A stretch of DNA of 64,000 nucleotides from Candidatus Hydrogenedentota bacterium (GCA_034669905.1 JAXMOL010000027.1:1-64000), one strand, 5' to 3'. Counted from the first letter of the stretch, positions 19,224 through 29,411 are shown. Made by a program: numbers and translations. Notes: a model not told the origin generated them from the letters alone.

Positions 19224-20360
19224 TTATTCGGGAAGGGCTTGGGCATACCACTGGCGGGAAAGCATGCCGCCCACGACGTAGAGCACGATGACGCGCCGAT
19301 TTGCGTAGAAGTCCGTTCCTTTGCGCGCCAGGATTCGGGCCACCGATTGGGCTCCTTTCTGGTTCTGCATAAAGCCCGTGACCGGCACGCCCGTTTCATA
19401 GGCCAAGCGTGCCGCCCAGGAGCCGCCCGACCGCGCACGCATCATGAAACTGTCGCCGAGGAGCAAGATCGGTGCATCGGCAATGGCATTGTATTCATAG
19501 GGCGTCCCATCGGCCAGAAAGACCTGTACGCCGTCTTCCACCAGGCGGTCATAGCGATGTTGTTCTTTCGGCGGCACAAAGTACTTCACCAGAGGGCCTT
19601 CGGCGTCCAGGTGGTAGGGCTGAGCCGTATAGGGGTTGGGGGCACCGGGGGTGCTGAGTTCGTATCGGCGAAGCCGCTCGGCCAGCACCGTCGTCGCGAT
19701 GCCCATCGCACGATCGGACCAGTGGAGGTCTGAAGTGGGGTAGAAAGGCCGCTCGCCGTCCGTCCGCGCCGCCTGAAAGGCGGGCAGCAGGTCGATGACT
19801 TCCACACCGGCCGCCAGCAGGGCTTCCATGTAGCGATAGCGCTGGGGGTAGAGGGGAACGGTCGTGGGAGCGCGCTCGGAGAGGCTCCGGGGATAGACCT
19901 CTTCCTTCTGCGGGATAGGGATGAAAATAAGGTCCACGCCCCGGCTGGCCAACTCGGCATGCAACGGGACGAGGGTCCGGTAGGCCGTCGTGTCTTCAAT
20001 CCGGTGGGGAGTCTCAGCAGAATTCGGACTCGGATGGGCCATGGCAAATTCGGTGAGGGCCACCGTAAACAGCGAACGCTCCGGTCCCACGAGGTAGGCC
20101 GCGTCCCGCCCTTTCGCGTCGGCGATGCGGGCGGCCATTTCCACGTGGAAGGGGGCCAGGGTATCGTTCCAGGCCTCCCAGCCACCGGCACCGGAAATCG
20201 TAGCGCGGACGGCGGCGAGGGATGCCTGTATGGCCGCGGAACGGTGGGTGTGCGTATGGGGGGCGTCCGGGGCCGCGGTTTCTTCATTTTCTGTGAGGGG
20301 GACCCCGTAAGCGACCATTGCCCCAAGAAAGAGCGCCGCTCCCAAACTTAAACTACGCAT
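19224..20360 (-). CDS. Secreted AlgX/AlgJ-like SGNH hydrolase / O-acetyltransferase
   Basis: LIFIPIPQKEEVYP, DLHWS (DxH), ILLLGDSF; signal peptide. Confidence 0.8.
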   Translation of the reverse strand: MRSLSLGAALFLGAMVAYGVPLTENEETAAPDAPHTHTHRSAAIQASLAAVRATISGAGGWEAWNDTLAPFHVEMAARIADAKGRDAAYLVGPERSLFTVALTEFAMAHPSPNSAETPHRIEDTTAYRTLVPLHAELASRGVDLIFIPIPQKEEVYPRSLSERAPTTVPLYPQRYRYMEALLAAGVEVIDLLPAFQAARTDGERPFYPTSDLHWSDRAMGIATTVLAERLRRYELSTPGAPNPYTAQPYHLDAEGPLVKYFVPPKEQHRYDRLVEDGVQVFLADGTPYEYNAIADAPILLLGDSFMMRARSGGSWAARLAYETGVPVTGFMQNQKGAQSVARILARKGTDFYANRRVIVLYVVGGMLSRQWYAQALPE

Positions 20361-20472
20361 GCAACTCAAAACTCCCGCTCTATCCTGCCATAGCAAGGGT
20401 GGCCCCCTTTCACGAGGCCACCCCACTTGTCATAGTACGCATCCGGACTGGGCGCCCGTCTTCTTGTTCTTG

Positions 20473-21357
20473 CTACGCAATCAGCCCCTCCACGAAGGCC
20501 TTCGTCTTTTTCGCTTCCGCCAGGATTTCCTCCAGTGTGCCCGGGTTCAGGCATTCGATGATCATGGGGCCGCCCTTGAATCCGCTTTCCTTCAGATTCG
20601 CCACGACCTTCTCAAAGTTCACCTGTCCGGTGCCGGGGGTGATGTTGACGCTCTTGCCTTCCAGGTAGTCTTTGACACACATACCGTAGACCGCGTCGCC
20701 GATGCCCTGGCTGTCCATCTCGGGGGCGCGCTTTCCTTTGGAGTAGTGGAGGATGTTGCCGGGGTCATAGTAGAAAGAAAAGTTGGGGTGGTTGATGCGT
20801 TGAATGGTGGCCTTGCAGTCGTCCCCGGTGAAGTTGAAGGTATCGTGGGGTTTCATGCAGACGCGCACGCCTTTTTTCTGGGCGTAGTCCAGGCAGGCCT
20901 TGATGGCGCTCTCGTAGGTCTCCAGGTATTCTGCCCGACCTTCGCCCCCGAGGAGGATGTCCGGCACCGTGGCGGCCGCACTCGCATCGATGAGCTTGGT
21001 CAGGCCGGCGATGCCTTCGTCCAGGCCCTTCTCGGTGGGGAAGCGTCCGCCCCAGGCCGCCGCCACCGTGAGGCCCCGGGACTTGGCGGCTTCGGCCATC
21101 TCCGCGGCCTCTTCAAGGGGCATGTCCCAGTTAATCATCTGGGCGCCTTTGCCGTTCTTTGTTGTGTTCATAAAGCCCACATACTTAAAACCCGCCTCGG
21201 CGATGGCATCGAGGGCTACCGTGTATTCGTGTTGGGCCCAGGGGCGCGTGAAGCAGCCGACCTTCCAAGGGGATTCGTTGGCGGGTTTTGCCTGGGCGGC
21301 CAGCGTGGTGGCCAGGGTGGCCGCCAGGGAAGTCTGGAGAAATTGACGTCGTTTCAT
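20473..21357 (-). CDS. Tat-exported sugar phosphate isomerase/epimerase (xylose isomerase-like TIM barrel)
   Basis: MKRRQFL twin-arginine signal; KPH, YDPGN, VKD, PGTGQVNF, IIEC. Confidence 0.88.
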   Translation of the reverse strand: MKRRQFLQTSLAATLATTLAAQAKPANESPWKVGCFTRPWAQHEYTVALDAIAEAGFKYVGFMNTTKNGKGAQMINWDMPLEEAAEMAEAAKSRGLTVAAAWGGRFPTEKGLDEGIAGLTKLIDASAAATVPDILLGGEGRAEYLETYESAIKACLDYAQKKGVRVCMKPHDTFNFTGDDCKATIQRINHPNFSFYYDPGNILHYSKGKRAPEMDSQGIGDAVYGMCVKDYLEGKSVNITPGTGQVNFEKVVANLKESGFKGGPMIIECLNPGTLEEILAEAKKTKAFVEGLIA

Positions 21358-21452
21358 GAGGGTGCTCCTGCATGGGTTTCGGTTGCTAGCAGCCTAGCGG
21401 AAGCGTCGTGGGGATGCAACTATGTTTCTGTCACGGAGCCCACCGCGCCTTC

Positions 21453-21706
21453 CAACAGAAGGTTGACTAGTCTCGCCACGGCGCGTCAACGACCCGGTCG
21501 ACATAAGGCCCACGCAGGTCTCACGGGCACGTGATGTTGTTCCAGTGACGCCAAACGACGTAGCCAACACTTCACGCGAAATCGCGTCGAAAACAGTTGA
21601 ACCACGAATGGACACCAATGTACACGAATGGAGTCCCTTTCGGTCGAGCGCCATCATGCGGCAAGCAAGCCTTTTCCCTTCCGTGTAATTCCGTGCCTTC
21701 CGTGGT
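21453..21706 (-). repeat. Copy 1 of a ~255-bp direct repeat; ends in an attI-like simple site
   Basis: About 90% identical by eye to 22662-22917; the minus strand ends AGTCAAC-CTTCT-GTTGGAA. The repeat is certain, the attI label is inference. Confidence 0.85.
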
Positions 21707-21721
21707 CGATCTCATTGACAC

Positions 21722-21829
21722 CCATAACCACGCCAAGCTCGGTGTTCACAGAGACACGGCGGCAAAGATTAGTGCGTTACGAACGGTCACGGTCGCCGAT
21801 CTGGGATGCCCCTGCATGCGCTGTTCGGG
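21722..21829 (-). other. Degenerate attC-like imperfect hairpin downstream of the HEAT-repeat gene
   Basis: Minus strand CCCGAAC AGCGCATGCAG ... GAGCTTGGCGTG GTTATGG; 108 bp; starts 11 bp after the stop; inner arms pair with G-T wobbles on the + strand. Confidence 0.45.
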
Positions 21830-21840
21830 GCAAGTGAATG

Positions 21841-22563
21841 CTATTCCTGCAGGCCACTCACCAGATCCGAAATGGCTTTCTTTAACGTTGGATCAGAAAC
21901 AAGTTCGCCGGAACGACGGAGTTCCGGAATGGCATCGGCACCGTACGATCGGCAGATTGCATGTGCGCGGTCCTTCGTGGATGGGTCGCTGGAGATAAGG
22001 AGCGGAACCAGTGCTGGAACCGCCACCGGTCCGATTGCTGTCAGTGCGTGCTGAGCGACCTGCTTGTCGGAGTAAGTCTCACTCTCCAGCAACGAAGCGA
22101 GTTGATCCACGGCGGATTCTGCTCCGATCTCGCCCAGTGCGAGTGCTGCACTTTCCCGATATAGAAAGTCGTTGGATTTCAGCGATTGCACCAATACTCC
22201 GATTGATTCCTCGTCAGCACAATCTCCTTTTCCGAGGGCGGAAATTGCGGTCCGTGTCACCAATCCGGAAACAGGGTCTTCCACGAGCGCACGCAATACA
22301 TCGCACTCGAATTCAGAAGCGTCCGCCCCCTTGTCCTCCAACGCAAGAGCGAAAGCCAGCTTTTCATCCGAAGAGGATTTCAGGATTTCTTCCACATCCG
22401 CCCGGTTGTTCAACGCTATCGGTTGGGAGTCTATTTCTGATGGTGTGGTGAGGGGATTCGAACAGCCCACTGTCGTCAAAAGGAAAGATAGCAAGAGGAG
22501 CGTGCCAAACACGATTCGAGATGATACGCCGCCAGGGAAGTCCAACGTAGATGACAAGTTCAT
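21841..22563 (-). CDS. HEAT/PBS-lyase-repeat lipoprotein
   Basis: Lipobox TVGC; repeats RTAISALG, RESAALALGEIG, QVAQHALTAIGPVAVPAL; RBS AGGAGAGG; more AT-rich codon usage than neighbours. Confidence 0.82.
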   Translation of the reverse strand: MNLSSTLDFPGGVSSRIVFGTLLLLSFLLTTVGCSNPLTTPSEIDSQPIALNNRADVEEILKSSSDEKLAFALALEDKGADASEFECDVLRALVEDPVSGLVTRTAISALGKGDCADEESIGVLVQSLKSNDFLYRESAALALGEIGAESAVDQLASLLESETYSDKQVAQHALTAIGPVAVPALVPLLISSDPSTKDRAHAICRSYGADAIPELRRSGELVSDPTLKKAISDLVSGLQE

Positions 22564-22661
22564 GTTCCTCTCCTGTGTGTTCACTTGAATAGTCCCCGGT
22601 TGACGTTATCCTATTTCTGCTTGTGGCGCAAGTATCAAACTAAGGAGTAGCTGGATCTGTT

Positions 22662-22917
22662 CAACAGAAGGTTGACCATTCCCGCCACGGCGCGTCAACG
22701 ACCCGGTCGACACAAGGCCCACGCCAGCTTCACGGGCACGTGATGTTGTTTCAGTGACCCCAAACGACGTAGCCGACGCTTCACGCGAAATCGCGCGTTG
22801 AAAACCTTTGAACCACGAATGAACACCAATGAACACGAATGGAAATTCTTTCGGTCGAGCGCCATCATGCGGCAAGCAAGCCCTTTCCCTTCCGTGTAAT
22901 TCCGTGCCTTCCGTGGT
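22662..22917 (-). repeat. Copy 2 of the ~255-bp direct repeat; ends in an attI-like simple site
   Basis: Minus strand GTTGACG...GGTCAAC-CTTCT-GTTGAAC; the last heptamer matches GTTRRRY. Confidence 0.85.
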
Positions 22918-23016
22918 AGTCACCCGCCAATTGCGTTGCGAAGGTGCACCCCGGAATGGTAGCGTGGTCGCCTTACCCGTGGGAACGTAGGCATGGCGTT
23001 AAAATGAGGTACACAA

Positions 23017-25695
23017 ATGATAAGTTCGGGGTGTCTTGAAAACAGGCGTGGGTGCCATCGCGTACTCCTACTACTGGGGGCCTTGATATCACTCGCAGGT
23101 GTTCCAGCGGCGGATCTCCAACTGGTCATCGATGCAGAACTCGGGACGCCCGCACAGCACGCACAGGTCGCCTTTCAGCGGGCCCTGGCGCAGCACGAGT
23201 ACCAGGTGGTGTTGGCCGCGCCCGAAGAACATCTTGCCCCCAACCGGGTGACCATCGGCGTGGCGGGAAGAAGCGCCGCCGTGGATGCCTGGCTCGCCCG
23301 GGGCCAGCGCGCCGTGCCGGAATCCCCCGAGTCGCTCTTAATCGCCCGTGACGCCGTCGGTGATGGCGTCTCGCTGCTCATTGCCGGGCGGGACGACCGA
23401 GGCCTCGCCTATGCCCTCTACGAAGCGGCGGATGCGCTGCGGAATGCGCCACTCGGCCCTGAATCCCTTGCGGCGATACAAGCGGCGGAAGAGTCCCCCT
23501 TCCTCGCCGTGCGGAGTGTGACCACCCAGCTCTTCAACGAGGACGTGGAGCGGGACTGGTATGGGAGTGAGGACTACTGGCATTGGTTCTTCCGGGAAAT
23601 GGCCCGTAATCGCCTGAATAATTACGCCCTCACCTTTGGGCACAACACCAATTATCTCGTGCCACCCTATGCCTGGTTCTTCGAAGTGCCCGAATACCCC
23701 GACGTGCGGGTGGAAGGCATGAGCGATGAAGCCCGTGCTGCCAACCTCAAGCATCTCCAGCGCATATCCGAAATCGCTGGGGAATACGGCGTAGATTTTA
23801 CGGTGGGCCTTTGGACCCAACTTCCTGTGGTCAAGGTCCGCGTGGGCCTCGACTATGGCCCCTCGCCCGTGGTGGGCCTTCCCGAAGGCGAGGCGGGCGG
23901 TGACTACTGCGCCAAGGGGTTGCAACAGCTCCTCGAGGCCTGTCCCGAAATTGACGGCGTCCAACTGCGCATGAATCTGGAAAGCGGTATACCCCACGAG
24001 GCCCAGGAGCGCTACTACCAGTCCCTCTTTGACGCCATCGCAAACTGTGGACGTCCGGTGGGGCTCGACATGCGCTACAAGAGCCTGAGCCAGCGCACCA
24101 TCGACCTGGCGAACGAAGCGGGGCTAAACGTGAACGTATCCACCAAATTCTGGTGCGAACACCTGGGCCTGCCCTTTCACCCGACCTGGCAGGACCCGGC
24201 CTACTCCGAGAGCCGCTATGGCTACGGAAAGATGCTTCACTATCCGCGCAACTACCGTGTCACCTTCCGCCTCTGGAATGTGGGCAGTTCCCGGCTGCTC
24301 CTGTGGGGTGACCCCGACTACGGCGCGCGTTTCGCCCGGAGCTGCGCCCTGAGTGGGGGAGCGGGCTTCGAAGTCTTCGCACCCCTCTCCAACATGGGGT
24401 ACGGCAACGAGCCCGGGGACTGGCGCCTCTTTGCCAAGCCGGAAGACGAACATTACACCTGGGAGAACGAACGCTATTGGGCGCAGTTTCTGACCTTTGG
24501 CCGTTATGGCTATAATCCCGACACCCCCGACACCGTCTGGGCCCGTGCCTTCGGGGAGCGTTTTGGCACGGCGGGCTCGGCGTTGGATACCGCCTATCGG
24601 GCGGCGAGCCAGGTCATGCCCCTCGCCACGGCGACGACCCAGATGAGTGCGGCCAACTGGCGTCTCTGGCCCGAGATGGAAACCTGCATGCACCTCGATG
24701 CCTACCGCGCCATTCAGCCGGGGGATTACTCCCAATTCTATGCCATTGCGCCCTTCAGCAGTCGCCAGCAATGGCGTGCCGAGGGGTGGGCGGCCACCCA
24801 TTCCGCCTTCGTGGAAGATGCCCTCGCGAACAACCTGAACTCCAAATGGACCCCCATCGAAGTGGCGAACAAGCTCGATGCCCTGGCCACAGAAACCCTG
24901 GCGGCCCTCGAAGAGGCCCAGCACCGGGCAGGTGGGCTGGGTGAATCGGAACGCAAGGAATTCGACGCCACTACCATTGACCTCGCCGTGGTGGCCCGGC
25001 TGGCCCAATACCACGCCGAAAAAAAGCGGGCGGCCGTCCACCTGGAATTCTTTCGCCTCACCAATGAAAAGGCCCGTCTGCCCCTGGTCTGGAAACACAT
25101 TAACGCATCCAAGGTGGCCTGGGAAGCCATCGTGGCCCTGACCGACGGGTTCTACTACGATGACATGGTCTTCGGTTTCTCCAAGGAACATAATTCTGAC
25201 TTTCCAGACCGCCTTCAGGAACACATCGGCCATTGGAAAGACCGCCTGGACGATGTGCAACAGGATGTGGACTTCGTCGCCACCTTTCTCAAGAACAACG
25301 GAATCGCCCTGGATATTGACACCGATGCCGCGGCCCAACTGGTTACCCGCTATCCCGGCGAGACACCCGTCGCGGTGAAGCCCACGGTGAGCCATCAACG
25401 TATCGTCAAGGCCACCCCCGGAGTGGATATCACGATAACGGCACGGGTGGAAAGTGCCGAGCCCCTGCGGCAGGTTTCCGTCTACTATCGTCCCGTGGAC
25501 CAAACCCGCGCGTGGAAGCGCCTCACCATGGATAGCGGCGAAAAGGGAGTCTACTCGGCAACCATACCGGGTGGCGAAATCGACCCGGCCTATGATTTTC
25601 AGTACTACCTCGAAGCGCGCGTGGCCCACGGAGGCACCTTCTGGCCCCATTGGGAGCAAGAAACACCCTATGTGGTCGTTGCGGTCACGCGGTAG
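23017..25695 (+). CDS. Large secreted hypothetical protein, probably carbohydrate-active (GH67/GH115-like N-terminal domain, TIM-barrel core, Ig-like C-terminus)
   Basis: Signal peptide; LLIAGRDDRGLAYALYE typical of GH20/67/115 N-domains; host-like codon bias. Confidence 0.65.
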   Translation: MISSGCLENRRGCHRVLLLLGALISLAGVPAADLQLVIDAELGTPAQHAQVAFQRALAQHEYQVVLAAPEEHLAPNRVTIGVAGRSAAVDAWLARGQRAVPESPESLLIARDAVGDGVSLLIAGRDDRGLAYALYEAADALRNAPLGPESLAAIQAAEESPFLAVRSVTTQLFNEDVERDWYGSEDYWHWFFREMARNRLNNYALTFGHNTNYLVPPYAWFFEVPEYPDVRVEGMSDEARAANLKHLQRISEIAGEYGVDFTVGLWTQLPVVKVRVGLDYGPSPVVGLPEGEAGGDYCAKGLQQLLEACPEIDGVQLRMNLESGIPHEAQERYYQSLFDAIANCGRPVGLDMRYKSLSQRTIDLANEAGLNVNVSTKFWCEHLGLPFHPTWQDPAYSESRYGYGKMLHYPRNYRVTFRLWNVGSSRLLLWGDPDYGARFARSCALSGGAGFEVFAPLSNMGYGNEPGDWRLFAKPEDEHYTWENERYWAQFLTFGRYGYNPDTPDTVWARAFGERFGTAGSALDTAYRAASQVMPLATATTQMSAANWRLWPEMETCMHLDAYRAIQPGDYSQFYAIAPFSSRQQWRAEGWAATHSAFVEDALANNLNSKWTPIEVANKLDALATETLAALEEAQHRAGGLGESERKEFDATTIDLAVVARLAQYHAEKKRAAVHLEFFRLTNEKARLPLVWKHINASKVAWEAIVALTDGFYYDDMVFGFSKEHNSDFPDRLQEHIGHWKDRLDDVQQDVDFVATFLKNNGIALDIDTDAAAQLVTRYPGETPVAVKPTVSHQRIVKATPGVDITITARVESAEPLRQVSVYYRPVDQTRAWKRLTMDSGEKGVYSATIPGGEIDPAYDFQYYLEARVAHGGTFWPHWEQETPYVVVAVTR

Positions 25696-25742
25696 GCCCC
25701 GGCGAGCGCTCTCGGTGGGTCACTTTTTTGTTGTGATAAACA

Positions 25743-25771
25743 TTGACAGTGTAAGTGCCTCCTGCTACTAT
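25743..25771 (+). promoter_or_regulatory. Sigma70 promoter
   Basis: TTGACA-N17-TACTAT with an extended -10 TG. Confidence 0.75.
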
Positions 25772-26159
25772 GAATGTAGGAGAACGTAGCAGTAGTTCGT
25801 AGTGCGCCATCGATAGCGACATTGCGATTGCCACGTTCTACTGCGCAGCTGGCGGGAGAACGTGTACAGGGGTTCTGGGCACGTCCTCCCAAACCGGGTC
25901 AACGGTTGCGTTGAAACAGGCAGATCAGGGCGATGGCAGTTTGGTGGCACAAGTGGGCGTTCTTCTGGGGCTTCGGGTGTCAACGTTTCGTCGGGCTGAA
26001 TCTCCTTTTTTCGATGCGGTCGTCGGCTCATGGCAGGGATCGCGATCACGCGGCAGAAAGGAGGCAAGGCAATCCCTCCCACCAGGCTATTTCTCCATCG
26101 GTACCCATCTCGGGGACGATGAGGCAACCGCAGTTATTGGTATAAAAAGGAACGTTGTT

Positions 26160-27224
26160 ATGAAACGAAACGGTTTTACCCTCATTGAATTGTTGGTGGT
26201 GATCGCGATTATTGGGATTCTGGCGGCCATCCTTCTTCCGGCGCTGGCCCGGGCACGGGAGGCGGCACGGCGTGCCAGCTGTGCGAACAACCTGAAGCAG
26301 CTGGGGCTCTCGTTGAAGATGTACTCGAACGAGTCCCGGGGCGAAAGCTACCCGACCCTTGAATTTAATCTCATGTGGCCCTTTGCCGACCAGTCCTTCC
26401 CGCCGTCCACGCCGGATGCTGGTAAGGCGGCGGCCCTCGGTGAATTACTGTGCGACGGCGATACCGAGTTGCCCTTGGGCGCCGGCGCGGTTTTCACGGC
26501 GGTCAATAATCTGGTAGCGACCTCGGCCCCGGGCCCGAGCGTGGGGCAGATGTATCCCGAATACCTCAACGACCCCAGCGTGCTCGCCTGTCCGTCCGAT
26601 GCCGAAGACTCCCCGGACGATTTCCTGGACAAATTCGGCAACAACAACCTGCACAAGTGGTATCTGAATTCTGCAGGTGACGGACTCCGGCAGAAAGGCA
26701 GCCAGCTTTCCGATGCCAGCTATATCTATACCGGTTATCTGTTGGACAAGACCGGTGATGAGCCAGGTCAGGTTCACCCGACAGCCGGTATCAACCTGCA
26801 GATGGCGCTTTTTTTCAATGCCGCCACCACGAAAGCGCAGGCAAACCCCTTCTCCATTGGCGAAGTGCGCGGGAATTTCCTGGCCCTCTTTGCACGGGAT
26901 GTGTCGGATGGCTCCCTCGCGGGCTACGGTAGCAATGGCGGGGACACGGTCCTTCGGCTTCGCGAAGGGATCGAGCGCTTCCTCATCACGGATATCAACA
27001 ACGCGGCGGGTTCGGCCCAGGGCCAGAGTGAAATCTGGATCATGATGGATCAACTCGGCAACACGAAAGCCGACGGAACCGATACCAACCTGGACTACTT
27101 CAACCACGTACCGGGTGGCTGCAACGTGCTCTACATGGACGGCCACGTCGAATTTCAGAAGTACTCCGACGACAAAGGGCCGGTCAGCCGCTCCTTTGCC
27201 ACGTTTATCGCGGAAGAGCTGTAA
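26160..27224 (+). CDS. Prepilin-type N-terminal cleavage/methylation protein with DUF1559 and H-X9-DG motif
   Basis: [64 protein letters not shown]. Confidence 0.93.
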   Translation: MKRNGFTLIELLVVIAIIGILAAILLPALARAREAARRASCANNLKQLGLSLKMYSNESRGESYPTLEFNLMWPFADQSFPPSTPDAGKAAALGELLCDGDTELPLGAGAVFTAVNNLVATSAPGPSVGQMYPEYLNDPSVLACPSDAEDSPDDFLDKFGNNNLHKWYLNSAGDGLRQKGSQLSDASYIYTGYLLDKTGDEPGQVHPTAGINLQMALFFNAATTKAQANPFSIGEVRGNFLALFARDVSDGSLAGYGSNGGDTVLRLREGIERFLITDINNAAGSAQGQSEIWIMMDQLGNTKADGTDTNLDYFNHVPGGCNVLYMDGHVEFQKYSDDKGPVSRSFATFIAEEL

Positions 27225-27263
27225 TTCGGCCAGAGAACACCTGGTGTATATCTGATGAACACG

Positions 27264-27293
27264 CGCCCGGGACCGGTATGGTCCCGGGCGTTT
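27264..27293 (+). terminator. Terminator after the DUF1559 gene
   Basis: CGCCCGGGACC-GGTAT-GGTCCCGGGCG-TTT. Confidence 0.7.
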
Positions 27294-27564
27294 CACGTCG
27301 GGGCGGGCGCTCAGGGGGGCCGCTCCTGCCGGGGGGTAGTCGACCGCCTTCGCGCCAACATGGGCATGTGCGGTATACTATGCGGACACGCGCTGCGTAG
27401 ACTTGGTCTGCGCCGTTTGGCTATTGGGCCTCCCAATGGCAGTTTCCTTCCTCGCGCACATCCGGATACCCCGTGCCCGTGAGAATGATCCGGTCTGCAG
27501 TTTCCATGCTAAAGGACTGCTATCTATAGACTTGGGTTGTGTGAAGCTTGTTTGAAAAGTATGC

Positions 27565-27597
27565 ATACTTGACTTAGTTGATAAGGTATGTAATAAT
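27565..27597 (+). promoter_or_regulatory. Promoter overlapped by an Rrf2-family (IscR/CymR-type) operator-like site
   Basis: ATACTTGACTTAGTTGATAAGGTAT (27565-27589); -35 TTGACT, N17, extended -10 TGnAATAAT. Confidence 0.55.
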
Positions 27598-27644
27598 TGG
27601 TGTAGTTAACGTGAAGTATTATCCCCTCTAAGGATCCAGGACGC

Positions 27645-29411
27645 ATGGCAAATCTGATTGAAAGTAACGGAGATCTGGAACAGCTCTCAGGAGTCGAAAC
27701 CTTTAAAGCCCGCAGTGGGGGACTCTATGGTCCCATCGCCGAGGACTTGGCTTCCGACACGGACCACTTTTCGGACGAGAGTGTTCAGATTCTGAAGCAC
27801 CACGGTTCCTATCAGCAGGACAACCGGGACACCCGTAAGGCGCGCAAAAAAGAGGGGCTCGACAAAGAGTATTCCATGATGCTGCGCACCAAGTTCCCCG
27901 GTGGCGATCTCACGGCCGATCAGTTTCTTTTCTGCCTCGACATGGCGGCGAAATATGGCCAGGATGATTTTCGTGTGACGTCCCGCCAGGACTTTCAGTT
28001 CCATGGTGTGTTGAAGAAGAACTTCCGCCCGTTAATCAATGACCTGAACACCCTCTCCAAGATCACGTCCGTGGGGGGCTGCGGCGACGTGGTCCGTAAC
28101 ACCATGGCCAATCCCGTGGCAGACATCGACCCGCGCTACAAGGATTGTGTGACGAACCTGGTAGAGATGGCCCATAAAATCAGCGATGCCACCCTGCCCA
28201 AGAGCACGGCCTACTATGACCTGTGGCTCAATGGCGAGAAGGCGACGGTGAACCCCGACGGCACGGTCCAGTATACGAAGGACCTCCGCACGGAAACGCC
28301 CGACGAACTCTATGGCAAGCAGTACCTGCCCCGTAAGTTCAAGATTGGTGTTGGCACCGACTTCGACAATAGCTCCGATATCTACACCCAGGACGTGGGC
28401 ATCATGGCCGTCACCGAGAACGGTAAGATCGTCGGCTATGAAATCCTCGCCGGTGGTGGCCTGGGCTATTCCCACACCAAGAAAGATACCTACGCCCGTG
28501 CCGGTTCCCACGTGGCCTTCGTTTCGGAAGAAGAAGTGCTGGATATCGTGCTGGCCATCATTAAGATCCAGCGGGATTACGGCGACCGCACAGACCGGAA
28601 ACAGGCCCGTCTGAAGTACACCATTGACCGTATGGGCCTCGACACCTTCATCGAAAAGATTGGCGAGTATGCCGGTAAGAAGTTTGGTGCACCGCGCAAC
28701 GTCAAGCCCACCGATCAACCCGATTACCTGGGGTGGCACAAGCAGATTCAGGACGGCATGAACTATGTCGGCGTCTGGGTCGAAAACGGTCGTGTAAAAG
28801 ACTTTGAAAACAGCTTCCAATTCAAGACGGGGCTTCGTGCGGTCATCGAGCGCTTTAAACCCGACGTCCGGGTAACGGCCCACCACAACCTCGTCCTGGC
28901 GAATATTAAAGACGCCGACGTGGACGCCGTGCAGGCCATGCTCGACGAATACAAGCTGCCTACCGACAAGGGCATCAGCACCCTCCGTCGCCTGGAGATG
29001 GCGTGCCCGGCATTGCCTCTCTGTGGTCTGGCCCTCTCCGAAGCCGAACGGTATTTCCCGTCGGTGGTCGAAGGCCTGGAAGCCGCAGGCCACGGTGATG
29101 CCGACGTCATTATCCGGATGACGGGATGTCCCAACGGCTGCGCCCGCTCCACGAGTTCCGAGATCGGGTTGGTCGGCAAAGGCCCCGGTCGCTATGTGAT
29201 CCACACGGGCGGTTGTTACAACGGTACCCGCATCAACGAAATCCTCCTTCCGGTCGTGAAGGAAGACGATGTGGTACCCAGCCTCGCGGCCCTGTTGAGC
29301 CTCTGGAAGGCCCAGCGCGCCGAAGGCGAACGTTTTGGCGACTGGTCCAAGAAGGTGGGCGTCGAAAAACTGCGTGAACTCCTCGAAGCCGAATTGGCTG
29401 CCGGTGTTTAA
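27645..29411 (+). CDS. cysI: Assimilatory sulfite reductase hemoprotein (siroheme/4Fe-4S; CysI/Sir)
   Basis: KHHGSYQQDNRD, TSRQDFQFHG, CGDVVRN, YLPRKFK, ACPALPLCGLA, RMTGCPNGCAR. Confidence 0.93.
   Translation: MANLIESNGDLEQLSGVETFKARSGGLYGPIAEDLASDTDHFSDESVQILKHHGSYQQDNRDTRKARKKEGLDKEYSMMLRTKFPGGDLTADQFLFCLDMAAKYGQDDFRVTSRQDFQFHGVLKKNFRPLINDLNTLSKITSVGGCGDVVRNTMANPVADIDPRYKDCVTNLVEMAHKISDATLPKSTAYYDLWLNGEKATVNPDGTVQYTKDLRTETPDELYGKQYLPRKFKIGVGTDFDNSSDIYTQDVGIMAVTENGKIVGYEILAGGGLGYSHTKKDTYARAGSHVAFVSEEEVLDIVLAIIKIQRDYGDRTDRKQARLKYTIDRMGLDTFIEKIGEYAGKKFGAPRNVKPTDQPDYLGWHKQIQDGMNYVGVWVENGRVKDFENSFQFKTGLRAVIERFKPDVRVTAHHNLVLANIKDADVDAVQAMLDEYKLPTDKGISTLRRLEMACPALPLCGLALSEAERYFPSVVEGLEAAGHGDADVIIRMTGCPNGCARSTSSEIGLVGKGPGRYVIHTGGCYNGTRINEILLPVVKEDDVVPSLAALLSLWKAQRAEGERFGDWSKKVGVEKLRELLEAELAAGV

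Noticed and set aside
22606..22923. 105-aa ORF as a toxin fragment upstream of an immunity-like HEAT protein
   Set aside because: It is a translation of the non-coding repeat; there is no Rhs or toxin motif. An orphan-immunity role for the HEAT gene cannot be excluded but has no support here
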